Assembly: GCA_036376245.1 (NCBI GenBank)
Contig: DASVAS010000040.1
Location: 64,293-128,292 of the forward strand
Length of the DNA: 64,000 nucleotides
Reading direction: 5' to 3'
Source of the DNA: Thermoanaerobaculia bacterium
GTDB lineage: Bacteria; Acidobacteriota; Thermoanaerobaculia; Multivoradales; UBA5704
Shown here: positions 19,599-27,695 of the stretch, in pieces
Position numbering within the stretch: the first letter of the stretch is position 1
How the letters are laid out: every line of letters starts with the position of its first letter
Made by a program: the position numbers and the translations under genes
Notes under the pieces: generated by a model
Databases searched by the model: none
What the model was told of the DNA's origin: nothing
The model's input: the letters and a program-made list of their open reading frames with translations, nothing else

Positions 19599-20486
19599 TC
19601 CGGCATCCCGTCACCCGGACCCGGCTGATCCAATTGATTCGCGCCGAGTCGCAAGACTGGCTCGAAGAAGCCGCGGCCAAGACCGAGACCTTCCGCAAGC
19701 TGCAGACCTATCAGGAAGAAGAGGGCTCCTGGAGCGCCGTCAAGAAGGCCTACATGGCCATCCAGTCCGGCAAGTGCGCCTATTGTGAGCGGAAGTTCGG
19801 CGAAGACGACGAGAGCAGGATCGAGCACGACGTCGAGCACTTCCGGCCCAAGAGCAAGGTGCGGGCCTGGCCCACTTCCAGGATCAAGAAAGATCTCAAG
19901 ATCGAGTACTCCTTCACGACGGGAACGGCCTCGAAGACCGGGTACTACCTCCTGGCGTACAACATCTTCAACTATGTCGTCACGTGCAAGAAGTGCAACA
20001 CGATCTACAAGTCGGACTACTTTCCCATCGCGGGTGAAACCCGGATCTTCGATCAGGACGATCCCGCGAAGCTCGCCGCCGAGAAGGCCTTCCTGATCTA
20101 TCCATTGGGTGTTCTGGACGACGACCCGGAAGACCTGATTACTTTCGAAGGCCTCATCGCCGTACCGAAGCACAAGTACGGCCGCAAACACGACCGTGCC
20201 CGGGTGACCATCGACTTCTTCAAGCTGGCGGTCGGCCGTGACGAGCTACTCCTGGAACGCGCGATCGTGCTGCGGCAGATCTATCTGGCGCTCGACTATC
20301 TCAAAGTCGCGACGAGCGAGAAGAAGCGGGCCGACGCTCAGAGAACCCTTGACATCGCGTTATCCGCCAGATCCCCCGCACACCAACTGCGCCAAGGCCT
20401 TTCACAAGGTCTGCGTCAACGCTCCGGAGACCGCCGAGCGGTACTACGAGTTGATCTCCGAGTACCTGAAGTCCAAAGGTTACTGA
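19595..20486 (+). CDS. HNH endonuclease, Septu PtuB/TIGR02646-like; appears frameshifted near a C5 run (~20376-20381); the 341-aa ORF tail to 20620 is junk, the true C-terminus is in the other frame ending 20486
   Basis: CAYCERKF...IEHDVEHFRPKS...CKKCNTIYK HNH/zinc-finger motifs; second frame encodes a protein-like tail ...NCAKAFHKVCVNAPETAERYYELISEYLKSKGY. Confidence 0.6.
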
Positions 20487-22321
20487 CCAGCCCTTTCCAG
20501 CGCCTCCGCCAGCGCCTCCGCCAGCTCCCCCGCCTGAACGTGCCACAGATCCGCGTACGTCCCGCCCCGCGCGATCAGATCGTCGTGATGCCCTTCCTCG
20601 GCGACCTGACCGTCCCTTAAAACGAGAATGCGGTCGGCGTTGCGGATCGTCGAGAGGCGATGGGCGATGATCAGCGCCGTGCGGCCGGCGGTCAGCGTCC
20701 GCAGGTTCTGCTGAATGGCCCGCTCGGTCTCCGTGTCCACGGAGCTGGTGGCCTCGTCGAGGATCAGGATGGGCGCGTCCTTGACGATCGCGCGGGCGAT
20801 CGAGAGGCGCTGGCGCTGGCCGCCGGAAAGCTTGACGCCCCGCTCCCCCACCAGGGTGTCGTAGCCCTGCGGCAGCGAGGCCACGAAGTCGTGGAGCTGG
20901 GCGAGCCGGGCCGCCCGCTCGACCTCCTCCAGGGGCACGTCGCTGCTGTAGGCGATGTTCTCCCGGATCGTGCCGTGGAAGAGGTAGACGTCCTGGCTCA
21001 CCAGGGCGATGTTGCGCCGCAGGTCGGCCAGGGCGAGGTTGCGCACGTCGTGGCCGTCCAGGCGCACGGCGCCGCCGCTGACGTCGTAGAAGCGGAGGAG
21101 GAGCTTGATGACGGTGGACTTGCCGGCGCCGGTCGGCCCCGCGATCCCCAGCGTCTCGCCCGGCGCCACCCGGAAGCTCACCCCGCGCAGCACGGGCTCG
21201 TCGGCCCGGCCGCGGGCGTAGCGGAACTCCACCCGGTCGAACACCACCTCGCCCTTCGCCCGCGCCAGCGGCTCCGGCCGCTCGGGCTCCAGGATGGCCG
21301 GCGCGGTGTCCAGCAGGCCGAAGGCGCGCCGGGCGCTGGCCTTGGCCCGCTCGTAGTCGTCCACCGTGGCGCCGAGGCGGGTCAGCGGCCAGAGGAGGCG
21401 CTCGGTCATCATGGCGAAGAGCACCAGCTCGCCCACGGTGATGTTGCCGCGGCCGTTGAGGATCCAGTAGCTCCCCAGGAGCAGCACGCCGGCGAAGCCC
21501 ACCACGATGGCCATGCGGATCAGCGGCACGTAGACCGCCGACAGCCGGATGGCCTCGACGTTGGCCCGCCGGTACTCGTCCGAGGCCTGGCGCACCCGCT
21601 CGGTCTCGAAGGCCTCGGCGGTGAAGCTCTTGATGACGTGGATGCCGCCGATGTTGTTCTCGAACCGGCTGGCGAGCCCGCCCACCGCCTCGCGGACCCG
21701 CTTGTAGCGCGGCTCGACCCGGCGCTGGTAGAGCAGGCTCCCCCAGAGGATCACCGGGATCGGCGCCACCGCCACCAGCGAGAGCTGCCAGGAGATGGGG
21801 AACATCACCGCGAAGGAGAAGAGGAAGAGCACGGCAAGCTGCACCAGCTCGTTGAAGCCGGTGTTGAGGAACCGCTCGAGCTGGTTGACGTCGTCGTTGA
21901 GCATGGCCAGGATCTCGCCCGTCCGGTGCTCCTCGAAGAAGGCCACCTCCCGCGACTGGATGCGGTTGTAGACGTCCATCCGCAGGTCGTGCTGGACCCG
22001 CTGGGCGAGGTTCATGAACCCCGACTGGTACATCCACTGGAAGAAGCTCTCGAAGAAGAAGATGACCACCGAGAGCCCGGCGAGGACCACCGCCATGCTC
22101 CAGGGATCGCGGGTGCCGGCCAGGGAGGCGATCCAGGCCGGCGGCTTGCCGCGCAGCGAGTCGATGACCCAGCCCACCAGCAGGGGCGGCATGAGGTCCA
22201 GGATCTTGTTCGAGACGCTGGCGGCGGTGGCCAGGGCCAGGCGGTCCCGGTAGGGCCGGAGATACCGGAACAGGCGCGGCATCGGCCGCGCGGCTTCCCG
22301 CAGGAGATCGGAACGGGTCAT
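20480..22321 (-). CDS. ABC transporter ATP-binding/permease protein (MsbA-like exporter); first 83 codons of the ORF are spurious
   Basis: six-TM region followed by Walker A GPTGAGKST, signature LSGGQRQRLSIARA, Walker B ILILDEATS. Confidence 0.85.
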   Translation of the reverse strand: MTRSDLLREAARPMPRLFRYLRPYRDRLALATAASVSNKILDLMPPLLVGWVIDSLRGKPPAWIASLAGTRDPWSMAVVLAGLSVVIFFFESFFQWMYQSGFMNLAQRVQHDLRMDVYNRIQSREVAFFEEHRTGEILAMLNDDVNQLERFLNTGFNELVQLAVLFLFSFAVMFPISWQLSLVAVAPIPVILWGSLLYQRRVEPRYKRVREAVGGLASRFENNIGGIHVIKSFTAEAFETERVRQASDEYRRANVEAIRLSAVYVPLIRMAIVVGFAGVLLLGSYWILNGRGNITVGELVLFAMMTERLLWPLTRLGATVDDYERAKASARRAFGLLDTAPAILEPERPEPLARAKGEVVFDRVEFRYARGRADEPVLRGVSFRVAPGETLGIAGPTGAGKSTVIKLLLRFYDVSGGAVRLDGHDVRNLALADLRRNIALVSQDVYLFHGTIRENIAYSSDVPLEEVERAARLAQLHDFVASLPQGYDTLVGERGVKLSGGQRQRLSIARAIVKDAPILILDEATSSVDTETERAIQQNLRTLTAGRTALIIAHRLSTIRNADRILVLRDGQVAEEGHHDDLIARGGTYADLWHVQAGELAEALAEALERAGQ

Positions 22322-22866
22322 GCCGAGGGACCGCGGCCGAACTTCTCCGCGTTGAACGCCCGGGTCCCGCCCCGCGCCACCGACAGGGTCTTCCAGCGGT
22401 CCGACGACAGGTGCTTGGCGAGGAAGACGATCTGGCCGACGTGGTAGCCGTAGTGCGTGAGCTGGCGGTTGATCGCCTTGACCACGCTGTGCGGCTCGGC
22501 ACGGATGAGGACGGTCAGCGACAGATCCTCCTCCCGCAGGGCAGCCAGGGTCTGGAACAGGCAGCGCCACCCCTCTTCCCAGCGGGCCAGGAGGTCCTGC
22601 CGGGTCGTCCCCTCCAGGACCATGAACTCGGAGTCGCGGTCACGGTCCGGCTTCTCGCCGTCGGAGGCCAGGAAGTCGGTCCAGCGCGACCGGAGGTTGC
22701 CGGCCATGTGCTGGATCAGGACGGCCAGGCTGTTGGACTCTGGATCGAGGGCGGCGGTGAGGTCCTCGTCCCGCACCTGGGCCAGGGCCCGGTCGGCGAG
22801 ATCCTTCAGCTTGCGGAACTGGTCGACGACATCCTCGAGATAGAGGGACGCGGGGGATCGGGTCAC
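22318..22866 (-). CDS. DinB/DUF1572-like four-helix-bundle protein
   Basis: 182 aa; ATGA overlap with ABC transporter start; pattern consistent with the DinB_2 family. Confidence 0.5.
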   Translation of the reverse strand: MTRSPASLYLEDVVDQFRKLKDLADRALAQVRDEDLTAALDPESNSLAVLIQHMAGNLRSRWTDFLASDGEKPDRDRDSEFMVLEGTTRQDLLARWEEGWRCLFQTLAALREEDLSLTVLIRAEPHSVVKAINRQLTHYGYHVGQIVFLAKHLSSDRWKTLSVARGGTRAFNAEKFGRGPSA

Positions 22867-23127
22867 GGCGGGCCTCCAGAGAGAAGGAGGGTATCACCCT
22901 TCATGCGCGAACGGGCCGGTCGGTCCGGCCGCGCCGGGGAGGGGACCGGCGCGGCCGGACCGGGACGACCCGGCCTTGTCCGGCAAAATACCGGACAGGG
23001 CCATCCCGTCTTTCCCTTGGCTTCCCACTCTCTCCCCCCTAATATAGCGCAATATCTATGAATATGGCCGGAAAACTCCCAAATTTGTGCCGAGACGTGT
23101 CACCGCCGCATAACGGATGGAACCGGG

Positions 23128-23133
23128 TATAAT
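23128..23133 (+). promoter_or_regulatory. candidate -10 box TATAAT upstream of the GGDEF/EAL gene
   Basis: gggTATAATtcg about 48 nt upstream of the ATG in an AT-richer divergent intergenic region. Confidence 0.25.
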
Positions 23134-23180
23134 TCGCAGCCGGTCCCCGACAACTCGCCGGAAGAAGAGGAATCTCTTCA

Positions 23181-25661
23181 ATGCGTGCACTTTTGCTCAA
23201 GGATGATGCTGTCCAACGGAACCCTGCGGAAGCCGAGGAGGCGCTGCGCCTCACCCGGTTCCTCCTGGACAGGGCGGGGGAGGGCGCGTTCTGGGCCGAT
23301 TCCGACGGCCGGTTCTTCTACGTCAACGAGGTGGCCTGCGCCATGACGGGCTACACCTCCGAGGAGCTGCTCTCCCTGCGGTTGTTCGACCTCCTGGCGC
23401 CGGAGCTCAGGGACCAGCTCCCCGAGATGTCCCGGCGGGTGCGGGAGGAGAGCCCCGTCACCTTCGAGACGGTCCAGATGCGGAAGGACGGCGAGCGCTT
23501 CCCGGCCGAGATCACCATGAGCCATCTGGAATACCAGGGCCGCGAGTGCTTCTGCGCTTTCGCCCGCGACATCACCGAGCGCAAGCGGGCGGAGGCGGCG
23601 CTGCGGGAGTCGGAAGAGCGGTATCACGGTCTCTTCGAGGGCGTCCCGGTGGGTCTCTACCGCACCACCCCCGCCGGGCGGATGCTGTACGCCAACCAGG
23701 CCCTGGTGCGCATCCTGGGCTATCCCAGCCTGGAAGCTCTGCTGGAGACCAACGTCGCCGACATCTACCTCGATCCGGAGGACCGCCGCCGCTGGCAGAA
23801 GTCCATGGAGACGGGCTCGGTGCAGGCCTTCGAGGCGCCGGTGCGCCGCCACGACGGCGACCTGATCTGGGTGCGCTTCACCGTCAAGGCCGTGCGGGAC
23901 GAGAGCGGCGAGATCCTGCGCTACGAGGGGGCGCTGGAGGACATCACCGACCGCCACCGGGCCGAGGAGGCCCTGCGCGCCAGCGAGGAGCGCTTCCGGG
24001 CCCTGGTCCAGAACGCCTCGGACCTGATCTGCATCCTCGACGGCGACGGCATCATCCGCTACCAGAGCCCGTCGCACCAGCGGGTCCTCGGGTGCCATCC
24101 CGACGAGCACGTGGGCCACGGCATGCTGGAGCTCATGCATCCCGAGGACCGGCACGTGCTGGCGGAAGCCCTGTACCGCCTGGCGGAGTGTCCGGACGAG
24201 ATCGTCACGGCCGAGTACCGCCTGCGGCACCGCGACGGCACCTGGAGGTTCCTGGAGTCCACCGCCTCCAACCTCGTCGACCACCCCGCCGTGTCGGGCA
24301 TCGTGCTCAACTCCCACGACATCACCGACCGCAAGCGGGCCGAGGAGAAGCTCATCCATGACGCTCTCCACGACGAGCTGACGGGACTCCCCAACCGGGC
24401 CCTGTTCATGGACCGGCTGCGGCAGTCCATGGAGCGCTCGCGGCGGGAGCCGGAACGCCTGACCGCCGTCCTCTTCCTGGACCTGGACCAGTTCAAGATC
24501 GTCAACGACAGCCTCGGCCACCTCGTGGGGGACGAGCTGCTGGTGCAGATCGCCGGCCTCCTCTCTTCGGCCTTACGCCCCTCGGACACCATCGCCCGGG
24601 TGGGCGGCGACGAGTTCGCCGTCCTCCTCGAGGGGGGCCGCGACGTCAGCGACGCCGTGCGGGTGGCGGACCGCATCCACGAGCGGCTCTCGTCGCCCAT
24701 CAACCTCGGCGGCCACGAGGTGTTCGCCACCGCCAGCATGGGCATCGCCGTCCACACCCCCGAATACGAGCGGCCGGAGGACCTGCTGCGGGACGCCGAC
24801 ACCGCCATGTACCGCGCCAAGACCTCGGGGCGGGCGTGCCACGTGGTCTTCAACCGGGTGATGCACCGCTTCGTCATGGCCCGCCTGCAGCTCGAGACCG
24901 ACCTCCGGCGGGCGGTGGAGCGGCGGCAGCTCCGGGTGCACTACCAGCCCTTCGTGGACCTGGCGTCCGGCGAGGTGACGGGCTTCGAGGCCCTGCTGCG
25001 CTGGCACCACCCCCGGCGCGGCCTGCTGCCGCCGGACGAGTTCCTCGCCGTGGCCGAGGAGACCGGCCTGATCGTGCCCATGGGCCGCTTCGTGCTGGCG
25101 GAGAGCTGCCGCCAGATCCAGGAGTTCCACCGCAAGCACCCGGAGCTGGGCCCGCTCAAGCTCAGCGTGAACCTGTCGAACAAGCAGTTCTTCCACGCCG
25201 AGCTGTTCGATCAGATCCAGGAAGCGCTCGCCGCCTCCGGCCTCGACCCCGCCTGCCTGGGGCTGGAGATCACCGAGGGGGTCATCATCCGCCACGCCGA
25301 CTCGGCGGCCAGCCGCTTCTCGCGCCTGAAGAGCATGGGCGTGCAGCTCTACCTCGACGACTTCGGCAAGGGCTACTCCTCCCTCAACTACCTCCACCGC
25401 TTCCCCATGGACCTCCTGAAGATCGACCGCTCCTTCATCTCCCGCATCGAGGAGGCGGAGGGGAACCTGGCCATCGTGCGGGCGATCGTCACGCTGGCCC
25501 ACCAGCTCGGCATGGAGGTGGTCGCCGAGGGAATCCAGACCCCGGAGCAGCAGGCCAGGCTCCGCTCCCTGGGCGTCGAATACGGCCAGGGATACTTCCT
25601 CTCCGAGCCCGTGGCCGCCGATCAGGCGGAGCTGCTGCTGATGCGCCGGACGCGGGTGTAG
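23181..25661 (+). CDS. PAS/PAC sensor-containing diguanylate cyclase/phosphodiesterase (GGDEF + EAL)
   Basis: 826 aa; three PAS repeats, GGDEF motif (ARVGGDEFAVLL), EAL domain (QPFVDLASGEVTGFEALLRW, EITEGVII). Confidence 0.9.
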   Translation: MRALLLKDDAVQRNPAEAEEALRLTRFLLDRAGEGAFWADSDGRFFYVNEVACAMTGYTSEELLSLRLFDLLAPELRDQLPEMSRRVREESPVTFETVQMRKDGERFPAEITMSHLEYQGRECFCAFARDITERKRAEAALRESEERYHGLFEGVPVGLYRTTPAGRMLYANQALVRILGYPSLEALLETNVADIYLDPEDRRRWQKSMETGSVQAFEAPVRRHDGDLIWVRFTVKAVRDESGEILRYEGALEDITDRHRAEEALRASEERFRALVQNASDLICILDGDGIIRYQSPSHQRVLGCHPDEHVGHGMLELMHPEDRHVLAEALYRLAECPDEIVTAEYRLRHRDGTWRFLESTASNLVDHPAVSGIVLNSHDITDRKRAEEKLIHDALHDELTGLPNRALFMDRLRQSMERSRREPERLTAVLFLDLDQFKIVNDSLGHLVGDELLVQIAGLLSSALRPSDTIARVGGDEFAVLLEGGRDVSDAVRVADRIHERLSSPINLGGHEVFATASMGIAVHTPEYERPEDLLRDADTAMYRAKTSGRACHVVFNRVMHRFVMARLQLETDLRRAVERRQLRVHYQPFVDLASGEVTGFEALLRWHHPRRGLLPPDEFLAVAEETGLIVPMGRFVLAESCRQIQEFHRKHPELGPLKLSVNLSNKQFFHAELFDQIQEALAASGLDPACLGLEITEGVIIRHADSAASRFSRLKSMGVQLYLDDFGKGYSSLNYLHRFPMDLLKIDRSFISRIEEAEGNLAIVRAIVTLAHQLGMEVVAEGIQTPEQQARLRSLGVEYGQGYFLSEPVAADQAELLLMRRTRV

Positions 25662-25714
25662 AAGACTCCTTTCGGGAATACGCAACGGCAAATCTCCGGT
25701 TCTCGTCTCCTGAT

Positions 25715-26335
25715 ATGGAGACCGGGAACCTGCCGCCGCGCGTCTTCCTTCTCTCTCCCGCCAGCCTCGACGGCGTGCGGGCCGCGCAGCTCACCTCGCC
25801 GCGGGCCCGTTTCGGGGCGGCCCTCCGCTACCGGAGCCCCGAGGGGGTGCCGGTGGAGGAGGCCTTCACCTTCATGAGCTCGCTCTACTTCCGCGGCAAG
25901 ATCACCTACGCCCGGCACTTCGCCGCGCCGCCCCCGGATCTCGGCCTGGGGACTCCGGACGACGGCATCCTGGTGATCGCCCCCGGGTTCGGCCTGGTGC
26001 CGCCGGGCTGGCGCATCACGCCGGAGCGGATGAAGAAGCTCCGCCGCACTCCGGTCGACTTGAAGCACCGCGGGTATTGCACGGCCATGCGGGACCACGC
26101 CGAGCAGCTCCGTGAGCTGGCCCCGTCTTCGTCCGTCATCCTGCTGGGGAGCGTGGCGACCGGCAAGTACGTGGACCTGCTCCTGCCGGTCTTCGGGGAC
26201 CGGCTCCTCTTCCCCCGCGAGTTCGCGGGCGCCGGCGACATGAAGCGCGGCGGCATGCTGCTGCGGGCCGTGCGGGAGGACCGGGAGCTGGACTACGTCA
26301 CCCTCGACGCGCCCCGCCGGCGCAGCCGTGCCTGA
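25715..26335 (+). CDS. hypothetical protein
   Basis: C-terminal 206 aa of the 499-aa ORF is protein-like (METGNLPPRVFLL...); upstream part overlaps the GGDEF/EAL gene out of frame. Confidence 0.5.
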   Translation: METGNLPPRVFLLSPASLDGVRAAQLTSPRARFGAALRYRSPEGVPVEEAFTFMSSLYFRGKITYARHFAAPPPDLGLGTPDDGILVIAPGFGLVPPGWRITPERMKKLRRTPVDLKHRGYCTAMRDHAEQLRELAPSSSVILLGSVATGKYVDLLLPVFGDRLLFPREFAGAGDMKRGGMLLRAVREDRELDYVTLDAPRRRSRA

Positions 26336-26432
26336 TCCGGACTTGGAACGGCCTTTGCAATTTCCCCTTGTCGCCAAGAGGAACGAAGTTCAACACAAAC
26401 CAAGAGAGCATCTTTGACAAGGAGATAACCCC

Positions 26433-26702
26433 ATGATCCGTAACAAGAAGCTGGCAATGCCGTTTCTTCTCAGCGCGGCGCTGCTGACGGTCTCCGCGAC
26501 CGGCTGCCGCGTGCGCCAGACGCAGGAAGGCGAGATGCCCGACGTCAAGGTCGAAGGCGGTCAGGTTCCCAAGTACGACGTGGACGCGGCCGACGTGGAC
26601 GTCAAGACCACCACCGAGAAGCGCGAGATCACGGTGCCGAAGGTCGACGTGGACGTGAAGCCCCCGGCGGACGGCGACCAGGATCCGCCGAAGAACAACT
26701 AA
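26433..26702 (+). CDS. small secreted lipoprotein
   Basis: AAGGAG SD 8 nt upstream; signal + lipobox LTVSATGC; followed by an intrinsic terminator. Confidence 0.55.
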   Translation: MIRNKKLAMPFLLSAALLTVSATGCRVRQTQEGEMPDVKVEGGQVPKYDVDAADVDVKTTTEKREITVPKVDVDVKPPADGDQDPPKNN

Positions 26703-26723
26703 AGCAGCCTGATCCGATTGGAA

Positions 26724-26755
26724 AAGGGCGGGGAGAAATCCCCGCCCTTTTTTGT
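26724..26755 (+). terminator. rho-independent terminator (gggcgggga-gaaa-tccccgccc + TTTTTT)
   Basis: perfect 9-bp GC stem, GNRA-like loop, U-tract, directly after the small lipoprotein gene. Confidence 0.7.
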
Positions 26756-26767
26756 TTACCTGGAGAG

Positions 26768-26858
26768 GACCTGAACGACATAAAGGACCTAAGGGACGTA
26801 AGGGTTGAAGTCCTTTATGTCGTTTATGTCCTTTACGTCCTTTAGGTCCTTGCAAAGC
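26768..26858. repeat. complex hairpin / four tandem ~9-nt repeats (CTTTAYGTC) with an inverted copy; probable bidirectional terminator between convergent genes
   Basis: cgacataaaggac...gtcctttatgtcg 13-bp inverted repeat followed by gtcctttatgtc gtttatgtc ctttacgtc ctttaggtc. Confidence 0.4.
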
Positions 26859-26940
26859 AACGGCGGCCGGGACGATCCCGGCCGCCGTCTGGGGGGAGAA
26901 AACGTTGTCGAAAGGGTTTTTACTGCTCTACCTGCACCGC

Positions 26941-27462
26941 TTACTTGCCGGCGTTGGCCGCGTCCACGATCTGGAACTGCTGCTGGTTGACCTTCTCGTC
27001 GCCCACCCAGACCTCGGCGCGGTAGTCGCCCTTGGCCCAGGAAGAGGTGTTGGCCGCCTGGAACGTCAGGTACTGGTCGCCCTGGTTGACGGTCTTCTCT
27101 TCCTCGTTGATCTTGGTCTCGCCCGGGCCGTACCAGGTCACCTTGACCTTGGTGCCGGCGGGCGCGTCGGCGACCTTCATCGCCAGGTTGACGGTGTCGC
27201 CGGGAGCGAAGTCGTCGCCCTGGGCATCGGTGGGGATCATGCCGTCGACGACGTTCTTGCCGATCGTCACGTCGTCCACCATGGTCTGCGCCTCGACCGG
27301 GTTGAGATCGTTCGGCTGGTCGACTCCGGCGACCTCGTGCTCGGTCGTCGCGGTTGCGGTGTCGTCCGCGTCATCCGTCTCCGCCTGCTCGTTCGTCCGG
27401 CACGCGACCGTGAACGGCAACACCGCGGCGAAAAGCAATGCTAGAAGCTTTGAAGCTTTCAT
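26941..27462 (-). CDS. lipoprotein; upstream 34 codons of the ORF are spurious
   Basis: AAGGAG SD 7 nt upstream of MKASKLLALLFAAVLPFTVAC (lipobox). Confidence 0.6.
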   Translation of the reverse strand: MKASKLLALLFAAVLPFTVACRTNEQAETDDADDTATATTEHEVAGVDQPNDLNPVEAQTMVDDVTIGKNVVDGMIPTDAQGDDFAPGDTVNLAMKVADAPAGTKVKVTWYGPGETKINEEEKTVNQGDQYLTFQAANTSSWAKGDYRAEVWVGDEKVNQQQFQIVDAANAGK

Positions 27463-27695
27463 CGTTGTTCTCCTTGTGCAGTTTGCTGTCCGTGAAAGCG
27501 GCCGGGCACCGCACCGCTTCTTGCCTCTGAATAGAGCAAAGTCCGTACCAACTTGCGATCCCATGGCGAGGAGCGGGGTCCCGAAACCTGCTATCGCTGG
27601 ACGCGTATAGACTTCAGGGACCGGTGCGCCCGGCCCGATCCGCTGAACATCGTCCCCGTCCCGAGGCGGGGCTTTTCTCCCATGAGGAGGTCTCT

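Noticed and set aside
20660-22447. 595-aa + ORF
   Set aside because: It is antisense to the ABC exporter, and its translation is an Arg/Gly/Asp/His-rich artefact.
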